A stretch of 64,000 nucleotides of DNA from Selaginella moellendorffii (taxonomy: Eukaryota > Plantae > Lycopodiophyta): contig NW_003314300.1 in assembly GCF_000143415.4 (NCBI RefSeq), positions 42,908 to 106,907 of the forward strand, read 5' to 3'. The notes beneath the pieces were generated by a model. That model saw nothing but the letters and a program-made list of their open reading frames with translations. It searched no databases and had not been told where the DNA came from. The stretch's first letter is position 1. The number at the start of each line of letters is the position of its first letter. This document shows positions 1-12,203 of the stretch, one piece after another. The translations under genes and the position numbers were made by a program.

Positions 1-949
1 TAATAGTAGTTCATTTCCCAACAAATGGTAAATCTGACATGACGAATTAATTTAACTTTCTTTAGAGATTTAGATAATTGTTATGATGGGTTTGAGGTTC
101 TAGTGGCTAGATTCATGTTTGGGGGATCATTGAGACCAATAAGAGCTCTTGGTTGCATGTGCAAACTCATAAATCTAGAGTTTTCGCCATTATTTTTCCA
201 CTTTTTTCCATTTTGTTCAGTTTTGAAGAGATTTCTGGTGATAGACACATTCATTTTGGTTGTGCCTTGTTTAGTCAAAGTGGCTTCTCCTCCTCTTTAC
301 AATGAGTTAAAGAACCCATGATTTGGTAACGAATTAAGCCATGTGCAAATGTTTTTCTAGAAGTTAGTAATTATATTCTGTTAAGAAAATATACTTGATT
401 AATGATAAAAAGCTTGTGTTTTTGGGTCATTTTAAATCTCCAGATCACAATTTTTGTTGGAAAATCACCAAAAATACACTCTATCACCCCTTCTCCTCTC
501 ACCATTTAAAAACTTATTCACATCCTTCTATAATATATACAACGAAAAATAAATGAAAGTGAAAAAAAAAACTAATAGGAGTTATAATTTCATTTGATTT
601 AATCTAAATCATCTGCACAAAAATAATCTTTTTCATGGAATTCTTACACCTCATCAAGCCATAGGGGATCTTGAATGATTTTGAATTAATATGAAGTTGA
701 ATTGATTATTTACCTCTAGAAATTAGGAACAAAGCAAGTGTGAATGGAAACGTTTTTAGGTCAATTATGGCTAGTTGTGCCCACCAGGGTCATAGGCGCC
801 ATTGCGAGTCATAGTGGGGTTGTGGGCAAGGATTGCCAAGGTATAACTAGGAGTTGAATTTGCAGAAGAAGATTTGCAGAACCCTAAAACGTGGTTTAGC
901 CTTTAACCCACATTAGACTGTATCCGTACTTGTGTGAGGTGGATTGTCA

Positions 950-1180
950 AAGTCTCATCATGAGACTCCAGTTGCTGGGCACTTTGGCATTACGAAAACA
1001 GTGGAATTGGTCGGTGGCCTCATCTTTGTCAGTCTATGGAAGAGTTTATCCACACCTGCGACATTTGCGCCTGGTCCGAGATTCCTCAACACCATCTGTA
1101 TGGTCTTCTTCAACCACTTCCAGCTCCAACTATGCCCTGGTCTTGCATCTCAATGGACTTTGTGACCGATCTTCCACCAG
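950..1180 (+). mobile_element. Ty3/Gypsy integrase zinc-binding (HHCC) fragment, decayed
   Basis: Frameshifted ORFs encode HETPVAGHFGITKTVELV and EEFIHTCDICAWSEIPQHHLYGLLQPLPAPTMPWSCISMDFVTDLP, the typical Gypsy integrase N-terminus. Confidence 0.85.
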
Positions 1181-1563
1181 TTCGAGTTGTTGGTACTCCA
1201 AATCTAATGTTGAACTATGAATTTGCCAGATCTTCAAAGTTACATCATTGGCTGAAAGAGGTACGCATGTGAACAGAGCAAAATTCAATTGACCTCCTTA
1301 CCTTGGTCTAGCTTGGAAGGAACAACATATATGCCCAGCAATTTTAGCACATGGATTTGCTTAAGGCAACGATTGGGGACAATCGTGGCAGCGAACCAAA
1401 GTAGCCGCTGAAGCAAGTCACAGTACCTGTCACTGAAGCGAGTTGTACCTGTCACATATCCATGAGTATATAGGCCGAATTAGGTCAACAAACCTTATGG
1501 TCCTGGGCCGCGACTTGGTCCCGATGGCGGCGACAATGGAGGTGGGGAGCTGGTTCAATTAGA

Positions 1564-3609
1564 GTGTGGATTCGTGAGTGCTATAGCGACGTCTACACCG
1601 ACATCAGGGAGCTCGCGAGCGTGGGCAAGCGCTACATCCACATCTCGGGGGACCCCGGAATCGGCAAGTCGTGTTTTCTGTGGTACGTTCTCAGGAGGCT
1701 CCTCGACGATGGAGAGACGGCCGTCATAGTAGAGCTCCTCGTAGGAATCACCGTGAATACTTTCGTCTTCAAGCAGGATGGGAGTTGCGACGCGGAAGAT
1801 TCACCGGATTACAACCGCCCGGGGGTTTGGCTTCTTACTGATGAGGCATTTGTTGGGCACAGGGCTTGGAACGGAACCACGGTCTTGTTCGCGTCACCCG
1901 AGAAAGATAAGTGGATACAAGCAGAAAAGACTATGCAGGAACGCAAGTTCACGACGCTTTACATGCCGCCTTGGTCTGTCGACGAGTTGCAGGCCGTCTA
2001 TTTTTCAGATCCCGAGAATGAAGGCGAATACATGGAGTTCTGGGCGAAGTATTACGTTGCCGGGCCAATCATAAGGCACTACGTCACGCCTTTGATAAAG
2101 GTCTTCAGCGAGAAACTCACGGCCGTCGAGAAAGTTGTGGATGGCGGGGTGCTGAACGCGACATTATTGAAGGCACACGAGATCTTCGTTTCCTGGCCAA
2201 CTCTCGACTTCACCCGCGTGGACCATTTCTCCTTTGCTTCGGAGTGGGCAGCGGATTGTTTTGCAATCGCGTGCTTCAATGGTCAGATCAAGAACTGGAT
2301 CGCGTCCACTTTATTTTTGGCAGCGAACCGTTCATTGCGGAGTGCAGCTGGAGTTCTGTTCGAACGCGTTGCTCATTATCGACTCTCGATGGGTGGTGAC
2401 TTTTGTAGCATTGACGATCTGACCAGAAAGCTTCATTTGGAGAAGCGGGAAGTGAAGTATTTCTCCGGTAACAGTCTTGATCTGCAAATACCTGGCCTCT
2501 ACTACTTACAACCCAGCAGCACGTCATTCCCTGTGATAGACTCGGTGTATCCTCCACTCGTCCTTTTCCAGATCTCTATTGCCACGAAGCAGAGACCAAT
2601 GAAGAAGTGTGACTACGATGCCTTGTGCTCTTCTTTGATGGCGTTCAGAAACGAGCACCCTGATATTCCGTCGGGCCTGGAAGGTGTGCCGGAGCCGAAC
2701 CGAGTGCACGCTATTCTAGTGAAGATGGAGGGTGACAATGCAAAGCATTCGCAACGCCTGTGCATGGTGGAAGACGCTCCGGAAGACGCTCCAGCGAATG
2801 AAACGGCTCCTCGCCGGTCGGCACGAAAGAGAGCACGTACACAGAGGAGCATTTCCAAGGTCAAGCAAGGGGAGACAGCAGGGGTAATGAAAAAGAGGAC
2901 GTTCCTGCCTTTCCAGATGACCATTGCTCTCAAGATGGACCATACTGTTCCCGACACGCTTGACTACCCGTCCCTTCAACAGATACACGACATTGTCTGT
3001 GCAAGAATGGACGGTGCAGTCGATACTGGAGCACGCAAGTTTGGGGACATTAAAAGAGAAGAGGCGGACTTTGCAAGAGTATTGATGCGCCAAGGTACTT
3101 TTCCCTCTCCTAAATTGCGTGGTCTTTTGAATCTAGTTTACTCATCAGGGAAGGGAAGCATCCAGTACGAGGAAGAAATGGACGGGGTTCCCGTTTTTGG
3201 CGCATGGATTGAAGCTGTTCGCACCAAAGAAGGCAGTGATTCCGTGGAGAAAACTGTTTTGACTATCCAGTGCACGGCTGGTAAACTAGCTGGACGAGAG
3301 CTGACGCTTTTTGTGAACGAGGTAAGCATTCATTCATTCATAAAGTGTGTTTCAGTGAGTAGTTTTTATTTGCAGCGGCTTTTGCCAGACAAGGAGTTTT
3401 CTAATCCTTTGGTTTTGAACATGCTGCGCCTCGAGGCAGTTAGTGGCGCAGATGATGCTGCCTACCAGGTCTGCTGGTCGGGTGCAACAGCATCTGTTGT
3501 CATTAGATCAAATCGGAGAGCTTCTAGGAAGTTGATGCTGGTATTTCCAACAGAACAGACAGAAGAAGAAGAAGACGACTACAAAGAAGAGGACTATATG
3601 GAAATCTGA
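1564..3609 (+). CDS. Crinkler/RHS-like effector: P-loop NTPase + restriction-endonuclease-like domain + extra C-terminal region; true start uncertain
   Basis: Walker A ISGDPGIGKS, LLTDE (Walker B-like), LFASP, LYMPPWS..EL, AGVLFERVAH, YLQPSSTSFPVIDSV, LFQISIA. Likely in-frame 54-nt GT-AG intron at 3322-3375. The frame is open upstream to 1474 but has no ATG. Confidence 0.75.
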   Translation: MWIRECYSDVYTDIRELASVGKRYIHISGDPGIGKSCFLWYVLRRLLDDGETAVIVELLVGITVNTFVFKQDGSCDAEDSPDYNRPGVWLLTDEAFVGHRAWNGTTVLFASPEKDKWIQAEKTMQERKFTTLYMPPWSVDELQAVYFSDPENEGEYMEFWAKYYVAGPIIRHYVTPLIKVFSEKLTAVEKVVDGGVLNATLLKAHEIFVSWPTLDFTRVDHFSFASEWAADCFAIACFNGQIKNWIASTLFLAANRSLRSAAGVLFERVAHYRLSMGGDFCSIDDLTRKLHLEKREVKYFSGNSLDLQIPGLYYLQPSSTSFPVIDSVYPPLVLFQISIATKQRPMKKCDYDALCSSLMAFRNEHPDIPSGLEGVPEPNRVHAILVKMEGDNAKHSQRLCMVEDAPEDAPANETAPRRSARKRARTQRSISKVKQGETAGVMKKRTFLPFQMTIALKMDHTVPDTLDYPSLQQIHDIVCARMDGAVDTGARKFGDIKREEADFARVLMRQGTFPSPKLRGLLNLVYSSGKGSIQYEEEMDGVPVFGAWIEAVRTKEGSDSVEKTVLTIQCTAGKLAGRELTLFVNEVSIHSFIKCVSVSSFYLQRLLPDKEFSNPLVLNMLRLEAVSGADDAAYQVCWSGATASVVIRSNRRASRKLMLVFPTEQTEEEEDDYKEEDYMEI

Positions 3610-3743
3610 TCCTAGTTTACACTTCCGGTGCTAAATCTTTTCCTTGCTTGAAAGCGCGGTTTGTGTTTGTTAAGCTGATCATCCTAATAAATGTTTATTT
3701 TCGACTTGTATTAACAAGCGCTCAAAACTACTCTCCCAAGTCC

Positions 3744-3821
3744 GAAGGTCCCAGTGCACTTCAAGGCGAGGAGCTGCGAGCTGAAGGTCCCAGTGCACTT
3801 CAAGGCAAGGAGCTGCGAGCT
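3744..3821 (+). repeat. 39-bp tandem duplication
   Basis: gaaggtcccagtgcacttcaaggc(g/a)aggagctgcgagct occurs twice in tandem. Confidence 0.85.
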
Positions 3822-5169
3822 GCTGTCCGTTCATTGCAAGGCTTCGGCCCATTTTCTAATGTCGTGATGCTGCTTGGCAACTAGGAGGTCATTCCAGCAG
3901 ACTCTAAGACGATCAAGCACCTTAAGCACGTAAGCTCACTCGACTTCTATGCTCGATCGATAGCTTGTTATGTGTGGAATTCTCGAAACTTATCTCGCCT
4001 TCTTGCTTGCTTACAACAGAGACCAGCTGACATTGTGAGACGGAAGAGAATGTCAGCAACGTGGTTCCCTTACACTTCTATCATTCGGCTCCAAGCCTCG
4101 TTAGCAGAAGCAAGTCATAGAGATGCTCAGCCTCAAGACCTGGAAAAGTTGTGCAGTCTCACTTCGATCAGATAAGCTTTCTGCCTCGTTCGTTGGTTTC
4201 CAGGCTGATGCAATTCGCATGACAGATGAAATCAGATACCAAAGACGTAGCCTCACTCGTGAAATTAGCTTTCTGAAAATACTGATTATCATTTTTGTAA
4301 AATGTTACTGGTCACCACAAACACGGCTGAGATTGCTTTATGGCAAGAGATACAATGGCCAGGTCTTTTCTATGCTGGGGTTCTACTGGAAGTCGGAGCG
4401 ATGCCAAAGAGGAAGGGATTTGATGAATCGGGTGCTAGCAAGTGGAGGTATTTTGTGTAGTATCTACATTGGGTATGCTATTATGCTCACATTCTCCTGG
4501 AGGTGGAGCTCACCATGGTGGAACCAGTAGACATGGTAATTTTTTAACAATATATACACTAAAACATTGAAATCTCTCCACTCCAAAAAAAGCTAGACTA
4601 ATTTGTTATGTTAGGTTCACCATTTGTTAGGATGAGTGATATCTCCCAACTTCTTTGACATAAACTTTTCATGCCTTTATCACAAACTTAAGCTCTTTTA
4701 TATTCCCTAAATGCCTTTTTTTTGCTCCATTCATCAAGAAAGGACTTTTTAGAATCTTCATGACCAAATCTAAACACACACTAAGCAATTCTTCAAATCC
4801 ATGCCAAAATCTCAAGTTTAAACTCCCAAAATTAAGCAGTAATGATAAGGGAGAATGCAAGTGACATAGATATTGGTGTGAATATGGAAAACAAGATGCT
4901 TGTGAAACATCCTCTACAATTGCTAAATCTACACCAAAGTCAGGACTTGGAAGTAGACCAAGTCAAAGTTCTAACAAGCAAGGTTGCCTTTGCAATTTTT
5001 TGGTCAAACAGTTTTACAAATGGCTTGATTATGTGCAGATTATGTATTATCATAGAGAGCATTGTGATAAGAATGGGATTCCTTATCATGGTCAACTTGA
5101 ACTAAGTGGAGGAAAGTCATTATTTTTTTAGAAGCTTCTAGCAAATATTCGACATTAGGTGATTCATAT

Positions 5170-6650
5170 GATCTAGCAAGATTTCATATCAAATCAGATT
5201 TATAATAAGCATATACAAATTGTGGGAGAAATAAATCAGCTCGTGAACCTCCTTGTCAAGATAATTTTCTAACTATGTAAGATATCAACAATTTGTATAG
5301 AAAGTATTTGCTTTCAATTTATTGACTACATAAGAATGATGTATAGAGTGTATGTATTTGGAAGAACACAAATCCTGAGAAAGTATTTTTCCTGTTTTAC
5401 CATAGAAATTCACACAACTTGGCAACTGCAAAAGATGGTGGATTTTGCAAATAATAATTTGTTGAGTCTTGATACAACTTTTGCAACTAATCGCTATAAG
5501 GTAAAATTTTCATTTATTTTTAAGTGAATAATATTTAATAGTTTACAGTTCCCATTATACACTATGCTTGTTTTTTGTTATTATGGAAATGGTATTTCAA
5601 TTGTATAAGTTTTAACTTTTAGTGAGAAAGGAAAACATATAAAGAATTGGATAATAGCTCTTTAAAAATGAGTTTTAGAACACATGCTAGATTAAATTAT
5701 ATCATATCAAATTAATTACGTCAGGTGTAAGTTCAAAGATTGGTCTAGGTCCTAGGAGTTTTGTGGGATCACATGATGAAACTAGGGAATCTTGGGAAGT
5801 GACCTTATAGCATTAATCTCTACTTTAACACCATCAATCATTATCACAACTTTTTTTTAATAGAGATACAGTTGATTGTCAAATTCTATTATGTATTTAG
5901 CATGTATGGAAGAATTGGCTCAAATATATTATTCATAAGGTGAAATCTTGGGATATTAGGATAGAAATATAAAAATTTCTTGGAGATATTATGTATTATT
6001 TAATTCACGTAGCTTTTCACAATGATAATATTATACAAGCTGAGATTAAACAACTTATTGAATATTTTGAAATGGATTTTCAAAAAGAAGTAGCTTTTAT
6101 CAAGTATTTTCAAGATGAACGGAAGGACAAAGTTGATAAGTGAATTAATATTTTGATTTTAATAATTTATTTTAATTTATATTTGATAGATATGTGGGTT
6201 GTTGCTACTCAAAATTTCCCTTATGCTACCAAGGAGACAAATAATTCAATTGAGGTATTCCATGCAAATATAAAAGCTATACTCTCATCCGAAAAAAATA
6301 CATACTCATAATTAAATGATGGATTAGGCAATTCATCAATTTACTACTAAGGTTTATGGAATGTACTGGTTTATTAGTTATTGCAAATATCATGGTTTTA
6401 TTCGAAACCATGCATACAAAAAGCTAATCAATGGTGTGATTGTTAAATCAAGAAATATTAACGACTTTCATATAAAATTTGATAAGGACAATACTTGCAA
6501 ATTTTAGTACAATCCTCTTTAAATCCAGCTATATAGTATTTTGTTGTCGGAGATGAAGGACATAGTGATTGGGCTTTTTTAACTTGGTGTAATTATCTGT
6601 GTGCAACTAAAGAAAACTTTTGCAAGCATCAAGCAAAAATTATTATGTTA
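5170..6650 (+). mobile_element. Decayed Mutator-like (MULE + SWIM) transposase
   Basis: Fragments LLSLDTTFATNRYK, VPLYTMLVF, TNNSIEVFHANIK and CNYLCATKENFCKHQ (SWIM-like CxC..CKH) interrupted by many stops. Confidence 0.7.
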
Positions 6651-7139
6651 AAACAAGGAGAAAAAATAACCGGACTATAATTAATTATGAGGTTCAACCA
6701 TCACAATCACATGCAATCTTAAAAACTCAGTTAGATGACTTATTTTATTGTCATCAAGATTTTGAAGCACTTGATTTGGAAGTTATGATATAGATATTTC
6801 ACTTATTAATTAAAATTTTGAAATACTTATAAAACTTTGAGTAGGAAAATATTTATTAAAATGTTTATCATGAGTAAGTAATTCAGTTGGAGACTATAAT
6901 AGAGGTAAACTAGCATATTTTATATATTAATATATATGAATATTGAGTAGGAAGATATCTATCGAAATGTGCAGCATCAACAAGAAATTTAACTAAGGAC
7001 TAAGTAATTTACACTAAACAAATTTTAAATATTGATATGAACTTTGAATAGGAAAATATCACTCTATCAAAAGTTATAAAAATGATATTGCAGCAAAAGA
7101 TGATGAATATCTTACAAAATCTTCTTGGTGAAGAAGCTT

Positions 7140-7335
7140 TTTTATCTAGTGGGCTTTAGAGTTTAGGGTTTACAAGTGTGTTATCTTACAAAATCTTCTT
7201 ACTTTTTTATCTAGTGGGCTTTAGAGTTTAGGGTTTACAAGTGTGTGAGGGTGACTCTGAGATGGTGCATGGAACAGTTTCCCCCTAGTGGGCTTTAGAG
7301 TTTAGGGTTTACAAATGTATGAGGGTGACTCTCAG
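7140..7335. repeat. Short tandem repeats containing telomere-like TTTAGGG
   Basis: ctagtgggctttagagtttagggtttaca occurs three times; a diverged fourth copy lies near 7665-7730. Confidence 0.75.
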
Positions 7336-7384
7336 CTTTGATCTATCAAATGCAAGTCTACTGAGTTTGTTTGTTTAGTAAGAA

Positions 7385-7475
7385 CATTACCACATGGGTG
7401 CACAAGCCTTTGGCATGACTTGAACCTTAGACCTTTTTTATCAGATTCTATACACTAACCACAAAACCACTTACC
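7385..7475 (-). mobile_element. Possible tRNA-derived SINE remnant (partial opposite-strand copy at ~7935-7980)
   Basis: Minus strand has A-box-like TGGTTTTGTGG and B-box-like GGTTCAAGTC followed by atgccaaaggct; the plus-strand copy reads ggttcgagtcatgccaaaggctcatgcac. Confidence 0.4.
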
Positions 7476-8989
7476 AGGTGGTTGTGATGGAACCATCCTA
7501 GTCCCACTTGAAGATTGTAGTCCATCACAGAGTGGCAGGATCACTCCTATTGATCATGTGACTGAGTTGAGTATGGTAAACCATGCTATACCATGATCAA
7601 GTCAGGGTTCCGCCTCAAGACAGGGTGTTTTGTTAGGGTTGCATTAGCAAGCCTAATCCCCATGTTTGGGTTTGCAAGTGTGTGAGGGCGACTATCAGCT
7701 TCGATTGATCCAATGCAAGTCTACTGAGCTTGTCACACATTGTGTGCCTCCAGAAAGCCCTTAATTAGTACCAGTATTTACCCTGGTCTTCAATTCAACC
7801 ACAGCATCAAAAGCTTTCTTTTGTTCGTGGAGAACTCCATCATTACATTCTACAAGAAAGTGACCAAGAGCATTTCTTGCTCCTCCGGGATTTATTCTAT
7901 AAGCACTTACATGCCCTAAATTATAGAATAAATCCCGGTTCAAGGTTCGAGTCATGCCAAAGGCTCATGCACTCATGGTTTAAGACCTCTTCAGCAAATG
8001 CCCTCGTAGCAAATGCCTTGTTCTGACTTGGCCAAATCTTGCCAAGTCTTAAGGCCATGCGGAGGTTACTAGCCAACCTTAAGTCTTAGTCTGACACAAC
8101 TACACTAGCTCTAAGCAACTAAGAGAGAGATCATTGGACAAGAATAGGTACCTCGAGATCTAGTGATAAGTCCCATTGAGACTTGAGTGATTCCATTACA
8201 ACTAGAAATGGAAAAAGATCTAATTGGTACATAATTGGCCCTTAATAGGAACCCTACCTTACATGAAATAGAAAAAGCTTAGAAAAGAATGGAGCGATCA
8301 AAGAATAATGTGCAAACTGAAGTGAATAATCTTGTAAGTAATAACTGTGTCGACTCTAACTACTCCGACTTCTAAACTTGTATTTGCTAGCTCTTGCAAG
8401 CTTGAGCAAAAGTTGAGAAAGTTTAATGTGACAACACCACCCTTCCACTCAGTTTGAGTCTCTACAAAACCAACTTTGGATGAAGCCAACCAAACTTTAC
8501 AAGACTAAACTATTTTTCCCTATTGAGATCAATGAAAGTTAAACTTCCATAGTGTGTCCTCCTTTGGACCACACCCAAGTTGCCATTGGGTCTGCCATGA
8601 CTTCCATGCCACACAAGTTGCATTTCCAAACAAAGTGTCTTACCTTTCCTTCGTCCCATCTACCAAGCAAACACACGCATGTACAACATGAGAGGGGCCA
8701 TACTTGGACACCAGGGTGTCGCCCACCTTTATCTCAATATGAGTTCTCCTACTCAGGTTTCCACTACACCAGTTTCAAGTAGTTAGTTTCTAGGAGCCTA
8801 GCTAGCAACTTGTGCTACAGCTAGAGAGACACTCAACTTACTTGTCACAGCAAGTCATCGATCCTTAAATATTGTAACTGGGGACCTCCCCTTTACGTAA
8901 TCACAACCCTACAACCTTACTTTAAAGGTGGCTACAATGTGGATTCATCTAACTTTGTAGAAACTCTTAGGATCATACATCTAGTGTTC

Positions 8990-11370
8990 TTATTATATTT
9001 CGCTCAGTTTTAAAGAGATTTATGGTGATAAAAGCATCCATTTTGATTGCACTTTATTTGGGTCAAAGTGGCTTCTCCTCCTATTTAAAATGAGCTGATT
9101 TCGTAAAGAATCAAGTTGCATACAAACATTTTTCTTTTGCATTCTCCTCTATTTTCACCAATTAAATTTGGAGGTTTAAGATTTTGGCATGGATTTGAAG
9201 AATTGCTTGTGTAGGTGTTTAGATTTGGTCATGAGGATTCTGAAGAATGCTTTTTGATGAAAGAAGTTGAGAGATCTTTCACCTTTTTTCATGATTCAGT
9301 TCTAGAGTTTTGAAAGTGAAAGTTTCTGAGTATTCTTTGAAATTTCTTTTGTGGGTCTTTCCTTTGCTTCCTAGCTTTCATAGGAGTCCTCCTTATTTGC
9401 AAAGGAATTCATAAAGAATTGTGAGTTTTGGTGCTGCTTATCTTATATATTATACACTTATAAAAAGTTTCATCATTTGTTTTTAAGTGTATTGCAAGGA
9501 TATTTTCTAAAGCTTTCTACCATTTGTTTGCATGCAAGATTTGATGCAAGTTTGTGGATTTTGGAGCAATTCACCACTTATACTCATTTATTTGAGTACA
9601 AAGAGTGGTTTCAGTTGTTTTCACTCAATTTTGAGTGGTTGTGGTGATGAATAGTTAAATGAAGCAAAGGTGATGGATCCCAAAAACAGGTGAGGACTCA
9701 CCAAGAAACTGTAGAGCTCACATACAAAATGAGTTGATGCAACCTCATGGCTAAAACCCAATCTGGAACTCATAGTCTAAGGTAGCAAAGCTTGAAAATA
9801 AAAGAGGAGAGGTGAAAAAAGTGGAGAAAAGGAAAAAGAAAGAAAAAGGAAAGAAATTTCCACACAATTGCTTTGAGGTGGTGATAATTGTGAGCATATG
9901 GAAGCTCACAACTAGTCTCATCTGTGAGCATGTAAGAACCACCCTCCACCTGGCATTGGATGAAGTAGAGGCCAAGCCACCATGGAAAGAACTTAGAGGA
10001 GGGAGTGAACTCTTCGAGAAAAATGAGCTTCCCAGGAGAAAAGAAGATTGAACTAGAAACTTTGGAGTTAATGGTCACCATGAGCTTGTGCTTTGTAGCA
10101 AAAAGATGCTTAACTACAGCCCTACACTGCTTGTCAATGGCAAGGATCTCCATGTCATAAGCATGAAGCTTGGCTGTGTTGGAAAGTTGGAAGTCTATAG
10201 CATGGCACAAAGATAGTGCAAGTGATGGTACTTGGAGCTCCACTAGAACAATCTTATAGACTAAGGAGAAGAGATTCACATAAATTGAAAGATGTTTGAA
10301 AGGCCCAAAGCGGTGCTTATGTCCACAAGCTTGTAGAGATAAAAACATGAATATCTCAAGCTCTAGAGCACCAAAAAATTTGAGTATGAATGCGTCAGAA
10401 AGCCCAACTATGACCACAAAAAGAGACATCTGTGAAAAAGAGTGAAAATGGCCAAAACCACTTTATATACTTAAAATAGATAAACACAAGCCAAACTCCT
10501 TAAATTGGCGTCAAATCTCATATGCAAGCATATGGTAGAAAGTTTTGGAGGATATCTATCTAAGATGCTCAAGAAAGATGGAAATGGTGATGAAACAAAA
10601 AAGAACAAACCCCTCAAATTTGTAGTTGTGGAGTGTATGACATAAATAACACCAAAACACACAATTCTATGTGAATTCCCTTGCAAGAAAGGACTCCTAT
10701 GAATGCTAACAAGACTCACAAAAAGTTTTCAAAGAATGCTTAAGAAATTTCACTTTTAAAGCTATAAAACTCAATTGTGAAAATAAAAGAGAAAAGAGTG
10801 AAAAAAAGTGAAAGATCTTTCAACTTTTTACACTCTGCTCATCAAAAAAGCACTCTTTGGAATCTTTATGACCAAATCTAAATACCCATACAAGCAATTC
10901 TTCAAATCTGTACCAAAATCTTAAACTTAAACCTCCAAAAATAAGTGGTGAAGATAGAGGAGAATACAAAAGAAAAATGTTTATATGCGGTTTGATTCTT
11001 AGAAACCACTTCAAACTAAATAAGGCACAATCAAAATGAATGCTTCTATCACCATAACTTTTTTTGAAACTGAGTGAAATAAAAAAAAGCTTTAGATTTA
11101 TAATTTTGTGCTTCAAATTTGTGCAAGAGGGAGCTCTTATTAATCTCAATGATCCCTCAAACATGAATTAGCCACTAGAACCCCAAAAAATCTCTTTACC
11201 CATCAAGTAATTTATATCAATGTCCAAAAAAAAAGCTACACTAGTTTGTTATGTTAGGTTCACCATTTGTTAGGAGATGAGGGTCTCTATCTCTCTAACA
11301 TAAGTTTTTCATGCCTCAATCACAAACTCAAGCTCTTTCCAATTGCCTTTCTTTTGCCCTTGCTCACTTG
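8990..11370. repeat. Diverged dispersed repeat in inverted arrangement (~8990-9600 vs ~10470-11100); related pieces at 1-360 and 4575-4850
   Basis: 9135-9260 is the reverse complement of 10840-10965; 1-170 is the reverse complement of ~11110-11280; 4590-4720 matches 11235-11360 directly. Confidence 0.7.
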
Positions 11371-12203
11371 CAAAGCTTTTATATAAAGAAAAAAGAATAT
11401 TCTAGAAATCAAAATATTCTGAATGCTCTATATGTCCCATATTGATATTTAGTGTGGGGCAAATTTGCATTCACTATCACTAAGAGGTGTGAATCCATTT
11501 GGTTCACTTGAAATAAATAAAATTGAGGGACACTTATAAGGTTAGGTAGGAATAGTAACCTTTTTGTAACACCATCCATCCATCCACAAAATCACAGAGT
11601 AATTGCTAAACTTTGTGGACTAATTGCAAATGTTAGATAACTTGGTAAATATGTCAATTTCAAGAGAACAAGATAAGCTAGTGTGCTCTGGAGCTTCTAT
11701 TTGATCAACATAAGGTTCACATCTTTTAGCTAAGCATTCAATAGGAAATAAATATTTTATTATCTTCAAGTGTTCATGGCTTTGTGCTTATAATAGTGCT
11801 TGTTGAATTCAACTCCCATGCTTGCACTCTATTTTTTATCTATTATCTGGAAAGTTTCTTCTTTTATTTCTTTTACAAAGTTAAATTTCTCAGCTTGTTT
11901 GCGATCAACAAATATCCCTAACATTTATTTAAAAAATTCTTAAATCTTTGGCCTCTGACAATAGCATTACAAAAGTATAAATCACTTGATCCAATTACAT
12001 GGTTCAGGTTGATTGGCTTGGTACTTCATTATAAATCAAGTTTTCAAAATTGTTGAATATGACTCAGAATCCTTAGAGAAAAGGTATAAAGAGATGTTAT
12101 TAGATCTGTTTAGTTTCAAAGAGGACAATTTATTTCAAGAACTAATTATTGCTAAGGTCACAAAAATGACTTTCCAAGGAGCCAATTAGGGTTTTTGGTA
12201 GGC

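Noticed and set aside
7760-8900. Possible gag/protease remnant
   Set aside because: Too decayed to support any motif call
9751-10429. 219-aa minus-strand ORF
   Set aside because: No recognisable motif; lies within decayed repeat DNA
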